The notes: generated by a model from the letters alone, not told the origin. Counted from the first letter of the stretch, positions 28,900 through 41,895 are shown. The stretch: DNA of 64,000 bases from Octopus sinensis (GCF_006345805.1 NC_043012.1:18414001-18478000), one strand, 5' to 3'. Numbers and translations are program-made.

Positions 28900-29010
28900 C
28901 GTGAGCTGGATGGTTTGACAGAATGTGCCTAAGACAGAAGACTGCACCAAGGTCTACTGTCTGTTTTAGCGTGGTTTCTACAGATGGATGCCTTCATAAC
29001 CCTGCGTGGT
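28900..29010 (+). mobile_element. Decayed SINE/RTE-type 3' remnant
   Basis: GTGGTTTCTACAGATGGATGCCTTC resembles the RTE-type tail motif GGCTGGATGCCCTTCC (recalled). Confidence 0.3.
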
Positions 29011-29777
29011 AGCATGAATATTGAGGTCACCGAGTAAATTGCTTAAGAATTCTCCTCCACTTAAGTGTCTCTAATATTGAGTGAGGTGAATTCGTGCCAA
29101 GTGATGAGAGGTTAGAATATGAATAGAGGGACATAAATAGGACATTTGTTGTAGAGGAGATACATGCCTACCTCTGATGAAGCTAGAAATAGAGAGAAGA
29201 CGGTGAAGATGTGAAGGGGTTACTCAAGTTACCATGGAATATATGCAAGTGGAGAAAAGTGTTAATAAGTGGGAAATTCCGCGAGACATCTGGCACTGCT
29301 CAATACAATATTTTAAAGTTGGGGTTATAGTGTTTTGATATTCACTACTCCATTAAAGAATAAGTCGACTCGGGTAATATATTTAATTTGTTACGTATTC
29401 TAAAAGTTTAACCTGTAGTCTTCTGTGACATTGTCGACGTATATACTTTTGCTATTTTTCGGGTCAGTTTTGTTGTACGAAGATACCTTTGTATATCTTG
29501 TACGAAGATACCTCAAAGAGACCCTGTAATGAGCTATCGACACTAGTTGCGTTACCTCTGAAATACATGGGTGTTCCTATCTTTCCTAAATGCAAATTAA
29601 GTTAACTCGTTGTGTTTGTAACGATTTCAATGCTCTTCTTTAATCATAGTCGTCATATTTATCGATATACGAGTATACGAATAGTGTCTCACAATGACGT
29701 TCATATCGTATGTTGTTACTGTTTAATGTCATGACAATCCCGGCAAAATGCATTCCATCCTTGAACGCCCAATCGTA

Positions 29778-30196
29778 TTTACTCTGCTCTATTACTCTAT
29801 TACTTGTTTCAGTCATTTGACTGCGGCCATGCTGGAGCACCGCCTTTAGTCGATCGAATCGACCCCGGAACTTATTCTTTGTAAGCCTAGTACTTATTCT
29901 ATCGGTCTCTTTTGCCGAACCGCTAAGTGGCGGGGACGTAGACACACCAGCATCGGTTGTCAAGCAATGCTAGGGGGACAAAAACAGACACACAAACACA
30001 CACACACACATATATATATACATACATATATACGACAGGCTTCTTTCAGTTCCCGTCTACCAAATCCACTCACAAGGCATTGGTCGGCCCGGGGCTATAG
30101 CAGAAGACACTTGCCCAAGATGCCACGCAGTGGGACTGAACCCGCAACCATGTGGTTGGTTAGCAAGCTACTTACCACACAGCCACTCCTGCGCCT
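29778..30196 (-). mobile_element. tRNA-derived SINE, family 1
   Basis: Minus strand AGGCGCAGGAGTGGCTGTGTGG...GGGTTCAGTCCCACTGCG. Internal microsatellite is short in this copy; tandem tail present. Confidence 0.93.
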
Positions 30197-33100
30197 GTGT
30201 TTATTGATGTTCCTTTCATTATTTTTAAAACGAGTAAAAAATTATGTGATTTGAAGGAAATTTATTGGCGCATTTAGTTGGTCGAGTGGCTACTTATAGT
30301 GTTCCTCGTTATATCCAACAGAAGTGGTTAAAATACAGCAAAAGCTAGATGCACTTTCTCATTGTTCTTCAGATTTATATATAGTTGTAGTGTCTATGAA
30401 AATTACTGAACTATATTTTCTAGCTAGTAGATACCTATGTTTTCCCTTGACACCAGTGCTGACGAAGTGGTAATTAGAAACGTTATGCACCAATGGACAA
30501 CACGGTGTCACGGTAGTTAATTCTCAAGAGCTATTTTATATGACTTCTTCTCAGTCAACTGTATCAAGGAGTTGATAGATTCCAGGACATTCTGGCGCTA
30601 AAGTTTTAAGTTCTTTATTTCAGTCTTCATAAGTCGTAATTGCTATTTCTTCATAGAGTTGAATACATTTATTCTGTTTCGAAAATGTCGTGATGGATTT
30701 TAAACAAGGGATTTTTATTCTTGTATATTGGTTTAATCTGTAATATCAAGGACCTGTCTATTTTAGCATTCAGAATTGGTCAACGTTTTTCTAGAACTTT
30801 AATCGTAATAGATATCTGAGCATGTAAAATATATTTAAGTGTCAATGCAGTGGAAAACAAATTTGAGATTAAAGAATTGTAGTTCTTAGATTTCTTATTT
30901 AATTCTGCAGTGTAGCCATGGGGGCGGGGGAGGTGAAAGTCCCTTTGGTGTACATTGAAATATCACTTAGTGTATGAAATTTTGTAGCCGGAAATTGCGA
31001 AGAATCTATCAAGAACGTATGGGAGAATGTTAGAAATACAAGTATCGGATAAAAAATAGAAATGTAATTACTTTTCTTCTCTATTAATTCCCTGCACACA
31101 CAATCGCTGAGTATTTGTGTTTGCACTTGGTAGATATGAGGATTAAGTAGTCGGAGATTAAATACTAGGGTCGATAATCCGATACAACACATAAAAATCG
31201 CAATGCACTTAGAAGGATGCGACTCAATTTGTAAATTCATAAAATAATCAAGGAATATATTCTGTAAAGTAGCATGTAAAGTGCAGTAGCAGACACCGGT
31301 ATCTTAACTTTACGTTGAAATGACTTCGGAGCAAATGAACTTCCGAGAAATAAGTACCAGTAATATAAGTGTTATACTGTAATGGATTTAGCATCAAGTA
31401 TCTTCTGGAACGGTGGTCATTGTTCGAAAGGAATGGGATCTCAATTAACTGATGGAAAAAAGATAAACTTTTTTCCTCTAGTTCATAACCGGTAATTTAA
31501 ATGGTTTAATGAATTTGCATTACGGATTTTATTTCCTTACATAGATGAGTGTTGTGTAATCGGAAAGAAATTAGTTTTCAATTAGAAGAGAAACTAAAAT
31601 CTAGATTCGTTTCTTACTCACTGGCGCCCGAAATGTTGTGAAGTAAAAATAAAGAGAAATCAACGATTAATTTAGAGCTTGTATAGCCAAGAGATATTGG
31701 TAATCAGCATGAAGCTAATTATCTACGACAACCCAATTAATAATATTTTAGCTAATAATTAGTATTTTAAGAATTTATTAAAGTGCTGAAGAAAAAAAGA
31801 TATAGACAGAAACTGAAAATCAAATATTGGGTCAGTACCAATTATATTGTTAAGCTAATGTTTAATTTAGGAAAGGAAAAGCAAAATACACTCTACATTA
31901 CTTTGTATACCATTACATAATAGATGAAATGTTATCGTCGCTTTCATTTAAAGACAGTATTTGCTTATGTGTATTTGGATCCTGAGTTGTTCATCCGAAG
32001 ACTATAAATGAAGGAATCTAATATATGAATCACTGAGTAGAAAATAGAAACCTCGAAAATTCCCTCAAGTGCACGTCTCTGAACTGAAAGAATATTGAGT
32101 TTATTTTTATGAATTGATTACAAAAGAACAACCGTATTGGCATCCATATAGGCTCTAAGATTAAAGATTGGAAGGAAGAAAAATTATCACTTGATAAAAG
32201 GTATTACATGAATGCTTAGTTGTGTATGTTGAAGTGGACAGTGCATTAATATGTAGACCAACCAGAAAGAATCCTAATGTACAAGATTTCCTAATATGCT
32301 TCAGCTCGTCATTCTTTGACACAGTTATGCTGAAGCGAGGACACAAGAATCTCATTTTCCATTCTTTAGCACAGCCACACAAAGAAAATGGAAAGGACAT
32401 TGAATTATATATTTGAAATATAATTTATTCTTTGCAACTTGATTTATATATAGTTTGTTGAATTCTATACAAAAGAAACAGAATACATATAGACTTACGC
32501 CCAATCATATTTTTGTGACAGATACTAATATTTTGCAACGAAAACGAGGTGAACACACACCAATTCCAATCTGCTATGCAAGTACACGGACCAGCATTTT
32601 GCATGATGCATTATATAACTCAAACCTATTAGTCACTGGATTGAAATAATATTGTGATTATATAGCGAATGCTATAAATATTGATTATTCAACCAAAGTA
32701 AAAAGAAAATGTCCGTTCTCCTACCAGGGGGCCTAATCGCAACAAAAGGCCATTGTATTGCGGCAAATGTAAACTGCATATCTAGAATGTTGCATGCATT
32801 CCCACTTACACACATAGGTAGGTTCAGACGCCATATATTCTAGTCCCTGAACTTGTCTAGCCGTGTTAAGAGTAAATATACGAATAATCGTCCATAACTC
32901 GCTGTACACCGTGCAAACAAACGATTATATATCTAATATATAGAATTGCATTTGTATATGCCTGTTTGTTACCATACACTCCACTCAAAAACCAGTTAAC
33001 CAATCATGTTCAGACGTTAACGGCCTTTAGAATCATATACATATTGTCCTCAAATATTGAGCTATATTTTTAAGGGACAGGAGATAGTTCTCATTCGACG

Positions 33101-33331
33101 AAAGTATGACTGCTTTGGTTATTTACGAAAACAACAAAACACTGATTTAATGTAGTATATGTGTGTGACTTGCTGTTGTTAGTGTATTAGCGAGTGTGTT
33201 CAACCCTTTCTCTCAGGTTGACTTAATGTGGAGGGACAGGAAATATATTCTATATTGTCACCGCCTTAGCGAGAAATGGCAGACAAATAACATCCGACAA
33301 AACTCCCTACCAACTCTCTCTCTCTCCCTCC

Positions 33332-33378
<47 letters not shown>

Positions 33379-33393
33379 ATATTATATATATAT

Positions 33394-33441
<48 letters not shown>

Positions 33442-33594
33442 CATATATACATATATAAATTATGAAAATAAACGTTATTGTTGTTTTTTTCGGAATCAAG
33501 CACACATGTAGCATGTAGCAAACACTAGTGTCCGGAGTTTTATTTTAGTACTTATTATAGTTAACGATTCTCACACTACTGACATAACACTCAA

Positions 33595-33624
33595 TTCCAC
33601 AAGCTTATATACACTCTTGACTGT

Positions 33625-33665
<41 letters not shown>

Positions 33666-33940
33666 CACCTACACAAGCCTATATACACATGATTATATAA
33701 ACTTGTATCAACCTATGATTATAACAACTAATATACTCTATTCACTATACAAATTTATATACATCAGCGAAAACACAGAATTATATACGCCCCAGATTGT
33801 ACAAACTTAAATACACACTTGGTTATACAAACTCATTGACATTGGCACTCTTTGCTATATAAATTTATATACACGATGGACAACACAAACTTATATAGAG
33901 GCTACACATATATACATAATTGACACTAATTTTATATGTA
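33595..33940. repeat. Degenerate minisatellite with ACAAAYTTATATACAC-like core
   Basis: Recurrent ACAAGCTTATATACAC, ACAAATTTATATACAT, ACAAACTTAAATACAC and ACAAACTTATATAGA at roughly 20-45 bp spacing. Confidence 0.45.
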
Positions 33941-33950
33941 TGTGTATACA

Positions 33951-34004
<54 letters not shown>

Positions 34005-34006
<2 letters not shown>

Positions 34007-34199
34007 CTACTGCACGCATTTTCTTTCTCTCCTTCTTTCTGTGTTTTTCTCTCTCTGTGTATCTTTCTGTTGAAGAGCGTAGGCTCGAAACGTTAAAGAC
34101 TTGTTTTATTTATATTTCCTGAGCGCCATACTAATACATTGTTCGTTTGTTTTCCACCTGCCTTCGTCTTTTGTTTATTTTCATAGAGCTTCCCGTTAT

Positions 34200-34200
<1 letters not shown>
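34005..34200 (+). mobile_element. About 190-bp Penelope-like terminal unit flanked by (TA)n on both sides
   Basis: Same family as 420-700. Carries a hammerhead motif. (TA)n arrays at about 33955-34005 and from about 34198. Confidence 0.65.
34062..34099 (+). ncRNA. Minimal type I hammerhead motif with A6U core
   Basis: TCTTT-CTGTTGA-A-GAGC GTAG GCTC-GAAAC-GTT-AAAGA: perfect 5-bp helix I and 4-bp helix II, GUU triplet at 34092-34094. Confidence 0.7.
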
Positions 34201-34249
<49 letters not shown>

Positions 34250-34463
34250 AGTATGTATGTATATATATATATATATATATATATTAGATAATTGAACCTG
34301 TATGCAAACACAATTATACAAAATTATAAACCTCATCAGCTTTGCAAATATTTACACGTCCTAAACTATAGAAATTTTTGCATATTCTCAGCTATCCCTT
34401 AAGTGTACAAAGCTGCATATATTGTGTATAGATTCCTTTAAATAATACAAAACTAATTTACCT

Positions 34464-34525
<62 letters not shown>

Positions 34526-34699
34526 TAACAGAAGGGGGATCAGCCATCTGAATGTGGCTAGGGACAGGGCGGGGTAGTGGGGGTGTTACTGATGCATTTA
34601 GCCCCAGACGATCATCAACGTCACCAGAAGGGCTGACATCATCTCGGTGTCTTTATCTATCTATCCATCCGTCGATATATATATATAAATTTTGCAGTT

Positions 34700-35197
34700 T
34701 AGATTTTAAACTCCCTGAAATCATCAGGTTTACCTCCACATAAGGAACAAGCAAGTATGTATTCATTACTGGATTTACATTAATAACAACCGATTTAGCA
34801 GAAAACTTTAAAAGAGTATGGTTTCCAATTACACTAAAGTCCATTACCAATCGCAAGGACAGACAACTGGTGTGCTATTAAAGGAACCTTGCTTCTCTCA
34901 TGGATGTTCTCTCATGGATCTCATGGTTGCACACGTTTTGGAAATTCGAATAAAACTTTCCATTCATATTCTGTTGGAAAGCACTCATAATGTTGCATTT
35001 GAAGCAGTTTTATCACAACTTGTTTTTATGTGAGTTCTGTTTCAAGCATAATGATGGTTTTTCTCTCACAGAATTAATTATGCCAGTAATGGTAGAAACA
35101 CTAATCACAATAATTATTAAGAAAAATACTCGTATATCAAATTTTAGAATGGAATTTCACAATTAACTTTAAGCCGGCAACGCCCGATATCTGGTAG
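34700..35197 (+). mobile_element. Helitron helicase remnant with 3' terminus
   Basis: ILNSLKSSGLPPHK, TTDLAENFKRVWFP, SQGQT..GVLLKEPCFSHG and THNVAFEAVL, then a degenerate hairpin GCCGGCAACGCCCG and a CTGGTAG end at 35173-35197. Confidence 0.75.
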
Positions 35198-35198
35198 A

Positions 35199-35295
<97 letters not shown>
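35198..35295. repeat. (CTAT)n tetranucleotide array
   Basis: Directly visible. Similar arrays at about 41885-41965 and 46287-46370. Confidence 0.97.
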
Positions 35296-35296
<1 letters not shown>

Positions 35297-35469
35297 ATTG
35301 TCAAATATTTTGGTGTTTAAAAGTTATGTAAGAACATTCGCTACAAAACCTGATAAATATTTACATAGAATTTCGCCCCTTTAAGGCCAAATTCCAAAGA
35401 TTTCGAAGGCTTTCGTTGTTTCCTTTTAGCCATTTTTTCAATTTGAAAATGGTGACTGGAAACCACGTG

Positions 35470-37092
35470 GCCAGCGCGCAAGTCATGCAGAACGCTAGCA
35501 AGGCCATCATCGACATCAAATAGTGGTTTGCCCTCAAGAGAGCAATAAAAGCAGAAGCCATTACGTGTAGCAAAGCACTAGTCATAGATAATAGAGGGTC
35601 AACCAGTTAAGAAGCTAGAAGAGACGATTAAAAGTGGCATCGTATCCGACGTTTTAGCGGCGAGATTGGCCCTTGACCAAGACTTCAACATAAAGGGTGT
35701 GTTGTGAGATCTAGGATGCATGCTCTTAGGAACGAAGGTGTTGGAGGCGCTCGAGAGGCTCGGGTAGCGGAGGCGCAACAGGGGAACAAAGCCACCATTT
35801 TGTCTCTGGTAGATGAAAAGGGGCGCGAATTACTCGAGCTAAGTAAAAAGTGTGAGGCCTTTCAACAGCATTTTGCCCGACTGTTCAGCACGAGTGGCGA
35901 GCGAGAACACAGGGTGGACTGCAGTGCTTACCTGCACAGCCTGCCATGACTCTCGAAAGAGAGGCAGGGCGCTGCGAAGGTACCATCACGGCGGTTGAAG
36001 TGTGGGACGCGATGGCAGAATGCTCGAGGGACACATCGACGGGTTTGGATGGTCCACACTACGAGCTTTACAGTTGTATGCCAGGCTTGTTGGATACGTC
36101 TTGGCAGCAGTGTGATGTAACTGGAAGCAAAACGGAAGCAGACTTGAAAATTTTGGCCAAGGTGTTAACCAAGAGATTGGCGCTTGTCCTTGAGAAACTG
36201 GTCGACAAAACAAAAACGTGCGCCGTGTTGGGCCGGAGCATCCATGACAACCGCCACCTGACGGGCTTCTTCATAGACAGGGTAGTTAAGGAACCTGGCA
36301 TGAGTTGGGTCCTGATTACCTTGGATCAATCCAAAGTATTCGATGGTCGTAGACCATCGATACATGGAGGCTGTCCTCATAGCTGTTGGTTTCGGTCCCG
36401 TGTTCCGCGGCTGGATGGCTGCTTTGTACAGAGTCATCATTATGGTAATTTGCATAAATGGACATATTTCGAGACATTTCGACATTGCACTTTCCGTCCG
36501 TCAGGGATGCCCCCTCTCGTCGCTTCTACACGTATTGCCTTTCCAGACACTACTGCTGAAGCTGGCGACACTGCGGGGCATCCCGCGAGAATTAGGATGC
36601 GAGACGAGCGTGTTTGCATGCGCGGACTACGTTACCACCATAGTGTCTAGCCAGAAGCCCATCGAGCTGGTCGGCGAGACACTTAAAGACTACAAAGCGG
36701 TAGTAGGAGTAAATATCAACTGGGAAAAAATCAACCGACACATGCCGTTCACCAGCGCCTCCGCGGCTGGACGCTGGACCGAAGGTCTGGTTGAGTTGCT
36801 CGGGGTCTGGTTTGGTCTGGGACTCCAAATGGAGAAGAACTGGAACGAGATAACGAGTAGGGTGGTCTTTCCCGTAGGCTTTTCTTTCACCGGGTAAACC
36901 TAATCTGCTTTCCCTTTTTACATTGACATTTCTGTGATACACGGTCCCGATTCTTTCCCACGATCCGTTTTCATCGAAATTAGACCCACGTTTTTTATGT
37001 TCTTTTTTCTTCCCTTCTTCTTCTCGTAAAGAATATCTGTAATTTGTATTTTGTCCCCTCTGTGTTCAGCCCTGTGTAGCCAATAAAGTAAC
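35470..37092 (+). mobile_element. Tx1/L1-clade LINE, 5'-truncated, frameshifted RT with internal deletion and probable 3' UTR
   Basis: WFALKRAIK; ADLKILAKVLTKRL; LDQSKVFD; VDHRYMEAVL..GFGPVFRGW; SVRQGCPLS; FACADYV (degenerate YADD). The pyrimidine-rich segment 36870-37092 ends with AATAAA at 37082-37087. Confidence 0.88.
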
Positions 37093-37298
37093 ATATCTGT
37101 GTGTATGCTTGTACATGCAAATACGCACAGGCTCCTCTGTTAGTAGAAGATGTACATTCAGAGAATCTTGTACCTAGGAGCCGTTTTGTATATATTATAT
37201 ATAGAACCATATATTATATTAAACACACACATACACACGCACACACTCACACATATGTATAAAAATACATATTTAAGTGTATATATTAAGTATATATA

Positions 37299-37476
37299 TA
37301 TATAATATTAATTCGAGACAAAACCACTATTTTGCAAATCAAACAAGGAAAGACTTAATCAATACATAAAAAATTTTAATATAAAGTAAATAAATCGCCA
37401 CTTTTTTATGTATTGATTAAGTCTTTCCTTGTTTGATTTGCAAAATAGTGGTTTTGTCTCGAATTAATATTATATA
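37299..37476. repeat. Perfect 75-bp inverted repeat with 28-nt loop
   Basis: 37299-37373 is the exact reverse complement of 37402-37476, checked base by base. Confidence 0.97.
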
Positions 37477-37555
37477 ATATTTTACTATAAAATTGGATTT
37501 AATCCTAAATCTGATTTTTTCCCTGTAGTTTTGGATTTATTCCCTAATATTTATT

Positions 37556-37638
<83 letters not shown>

Positions 37639-37660
37639 CGGTTTGCACACACACGTATAC

Positions 37661-37702
<42 letters not shown>

Positions 37703-40597
37703 ATGTGTGTCTGTGTGTGAGCGTGTGCGTGTGAGTGTGCGTGTGTGTATTTTCGTCTCCTTGGAAAAAAAGTACATTCGTCTTATTCCTTCAGCGAACG
37801 TTAGAAAGAAACGGCTTGTTGATCTGATTTGTATGTTGGATATAATCACACCTTGAGTGATTCTGTCTACATATTTTGTTTGGGTTTAGTACTGCGCTGT
37901 GATGGTAAATAGAGAATTAATTACATTTATAAGAAAAATTTTATACGTGTCTCAGTTTTGTCTTATAGGAACAAATTGAAAATAAAGAAAAGTATAGTGT
38001 GCAGGAAGATAAAGTAAAGAAAATTGAATGAGAAAGAACGAAAGGTAATGACCACACGCTCTTGAAGTTATTAAATATAAATGCTTCTCTGATGACGAGA
38101 AACCTAGAAGAAATGAGATACCGCTTCTGTCCTAAATATATGGCAGCGCCTGTTAATGGCTTGTTTTACTATCTCCAGCTTTGATGAAGTTTTCTTTATT
38201 GAGCCTACCTAGCTTCCACTATATCTAAGAAGTTTAATTTCACAATTCAGCTCCGATCAACATTTTAAAAATATTAGTGACTTTAGATTTGATCTGTTAA
38301 CGCATACACGCACATACACACAAACTCCAATCATTCAAATACTCACGTACATAAACACATCCACCCAAACACACTGCCTTTGACAGCGAACATACTCCAA
38401 TTATCCTTGTTCAAACATTAAAAAAGTAATGTATGATCACTTGTAACGAATTTTTTTTTGAAAGATTTTATAACATTAAAAATAGATGAAATATACTGTA
38501 AAGTTTTAGGTTATAAAATGATGATAACGTTTTATTCAATTCTAGCACGGTTATTGATAAAAACTTTCACGTCTCGTCTTGTATTGAATTCAGTAATAAA
38601 CTTTTCAATCTATCTTTTTAAAAAATCTTATCTACAAACAATTCCCCAACACAGTTTGTGTTTAAATGGAAAATGACTTTCAAAAATAGTCAATATGAAT
38701 ATTTTTTTCTCTCGTTATAAGCGTTGAAGAGGATTTAGCTTCTATATCACGAATATAAAATATATTATCGGAAGATTATATTGTGTTTTTAATAATGTAT
38801 GTTGAAAATTAGAGACAGCAAGAAGTTGCCTAAATTGAAACTTTTAAAAGCGATTCCGCTCACATCAAATATATTTATCATCAGTTCAGTGTGTATCAAT
38901 TGCCTTTATTCAACACGTGAGAGATGTGAATGTTAAGAAAACTGATATTCACCTATTTATATCTACATCATGTTCATACTTGAAGCTATATAAATCTTCT
39001 ATCAAAAACTGGCAGCTTAACTGGATATGCTGTGATGTATTTATACGCTTATGAAATTACAAGTGGAGATATTCATGTCTGTAAAAATGGCATTGGATTC
39101 TACAGATTTTCTTCCAGTGTTGAGGAGAAGCAAAACATGTTTATACACTAAAGCATGAACAACTAAATAAACCTCAATATATACTGGTATCTATAATTAT
39201 TTTCTGCATAATTTATCAATTGTAGAAAGGCAGCATATTGTAAATAGTCAGCAATTGTACAAATATACTTACGAATTTTTACTCCTGTTGCTATCTCTGA
39301 ATTTATTTTGCTACAAACTTCCTTACACACGAGCTATTTTATGTATAATCATTTGAATACGTTTCCATCACTTATCGTAAGTATGAAAATGTTTATTATT
39401 GGTGTGTAGCGTTTGATAGTTTTACTTCCATTAGTTGTTGCTTTTATTGCAATGGATTCATTTAATTCATATTCACACTCGGCAAAACCTCAAGCGTCAG
39501 ACCTTAGTTTGTGATTACTCCTAGTATTAATTCATATATGGAATTACGAATATTATCTTTGTAGTCTGGCTGGATTTGAGTCAGTTTGGTGAAACCGACC
39601 TACAATCTCGCCATTCAACATATCGCAACAAGTTTCATAAAGATTGATGTAAGTAAAGATTGATGTAAGTAAACTCACTTTGGTGCAGTACCAAAGTCTC
39701 ATACAAAATATGAATATAAAAAAAAAACACGAAATCCAAAATGATATAATTCCACTTCAATGAAAAGCCTTTCTTCATTTCTGTAGCATGGTTAAGAAAA
39801 ATGTTTTCATAAATATGATCGAACCAGAGAAGACTCGAAGACAGAATACTGAAATCAAATGATCTAAAAATTAGGAAGCAGAAACATCCAAATCCGAATA
39901 TTCAATATACTTCCCTCTCAAATATTTGGGGAGAAAATATGAAAATCGCCTTTAAAAAGATTTATGATATATTTACTTTTTTATTATAATAGAAAATGTG
40001 TTTTTAAGAAAAATACCGCTTTGAAAATGGAGTTGATTTGGGAAAAGAAATTAAACCTTTTTTTATGCCAGGCAAGAATAAATGTTATAAGGAAAAAGAT
40101 GAGGAAAATAGTCTTTAAAGCACTAAAATTACTGTTTCAAAAATCTTAGTTTCTTTTGAAACCTATAACATTTTCATGTTTTAGAATGCTATGTTAAAAT
40201 ACCGCGGATATATTTACCTGAAAATATTGATACGATATCAAAGGCGCAAACAAAATCTCAGTTTAATTATCGAAAATACCCTTCTTCCCATTTCGTGATT
40301 AAGCTAGCGTATTTCCAAATCATGTTTCTAACAAGCAAGTATCATCTAATATGAACACGCCTCAACCCAAAATTTTGCATGAATCTTGCATGACAGTATG
40401 CAAGTGTGTTGTTACGCCGTAAATTTAAAACACTGTCAGGGTTAACATGGTTAGCATGACTGTTATCTTTACTTATTTGCAACCATAATGCCAGGTTTTC
40501 AGTCTCAGAACATTCTCTCACCTTTAACAAGCCCTAAAGGTGATCTTATTATTCAGTAGCAGTTATCATTTGATTAGAGGATATATATATATATATA

Positions 40598-40660
40598 TAC
40601 AGGTTGTGATGGGTAAAAGGACAAGAATTTATATTTTTAATTTCGCGCATGCGCATTTTT
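40598..40660 (+). mobile_element. Possible Tc1/mariner-like terminal fragment
   Basis: TACAGGTTGTGATGGGTAAA directly after (TA)n resembles a TA-flanked TIR. No partner end was found. Confidence 0.3.
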
Positions 40661-40676
40661 AATGTTTGATCTTTGA

Positions 40677-40883
40677 TCCTCGTATATGTAAGATTTAAAG
40701 TTGAGTTTAAAGTAAATTATGTAACGATTTACCTGTATAAGAAGATCTATATGTATCTCCTTAGGCGATATTCAGTTGTTGTCTCCGTAAGTAAATTTAG
40801 ATTTCCATGCTCCCGGTAAATCGTTACATTTAATTGAATTAAATTTAGTTTAAACTCAACTTTAAATCCTGTATATACGAGGA
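40677..40883. repeat. Imperfect fold-back (MITE-like)
   Basis: Arms 40677-40733 and 40815-40883 are reverse complements apart from a few substitutions and an indel of about 11 nt. Spacer is about 80 nt. Confidence 0.85.
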
Positions 40884-41895
40884 ACTGTATGTATCGAAAC
40901 ATTTAAAGTGATTAAAAAGCTGCCTAACTGTACTTACTCTTCCTTTTGACTCTTTTACTTTTTACTTTTTATTTTCACGCACGAAGAATACCTAAGACTA
41001 GAATTGGTAGCAAACCATAAGCAAACTACCGGCTATTTGGGAATTCTAAGGGTAAACAAGCTCTATTTGTACTCTTATACGTTCTTAACAGAACACAACT
41101 CAACTGACTATATATATATATATATATATATAAAGTTCAAGATATGGTACACAAGTTAACATTTCGTAGTAAGATGTGGTAATATTTATTGAAATCATTG
41201 TTGCCTTACTTTACCGATGATCAATCTTGATAGAGTCGGCATTTTGACCATCCCTTTTTTTATGCGGCAGTGAATACCAAGAAACAAATTATCAAATGCG
41301 TATCTCCTTTTACAAATGCTAGAAGTGTGAGAATTCAAAGATATTTTTAACCTATTGTTAGAACGTTGCATCAATATTAAGGGTCTTCCAAGTTAATTCG
41401 GAAATAATAAGAATTCCTTCTCTTCAGTAACAGCATATCCAAATGTCATTATCGCCTTCTAACTTCTTTGAATCAGATATTTTAGTATCTGAAAAGGTAC
41501 TAAATATCTGTTATATAATAAGAAAACTGTTTGTGATAATACAGGAAAATAGTTGTAAGAGAATTGAATGCACAGCATTATTTACTAAAAGCTTCTTTTC
41601 AATAAAACACCTAAATTCTCTGAAGAGAGATATTTATCATATAACACAAACCAATCGAAACAGTTTTGTTCAAATTTCGGTTGAAAAATCATAGGAGATA
41701 ATCTTACACGATATTTCGCAGCACGCTAGCGCTTCCATCGATAAACACAGTGGCATGAGCAGATATAATATGCTACGATCCTGAAATATGTATGGACGCT
41801 AACATAATTACCTATACATCCATACACAAACACGAAATACATGCACTGGTAAACACATATTGATAAAAAAGTAAATAGGCATCAATCTATCTATC

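Noticed and set aside
29170-29200. CTGATGAAGCTAGAAATA hammerhead-like core
   Set aside because: There is no room for helix II and no valid helix III or cleavage triplet.
30452-30492. CTGACGA...GAAACGTT hammerhead-like core
   Set aside because: Core nucleotides are present but neither helix I nor helix II pairs in register. At most a decayed relic.
3353-37640. Recurrent single-base phase flips inside (TA)n arrays (TATT or ATAA)
   Set aside because: Could be slippage or an assembly artefact in self-complementary repeats. Cannot be judged without reads.
39640-39675. Short tandem duplications (16-bp AAAGATTGATGTAAGT x2; similar at about 29473-29513 and 34895-34927)
   Set aside because: Ordinary slippage duplications. 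Two units only, not a CRISPR-like array.
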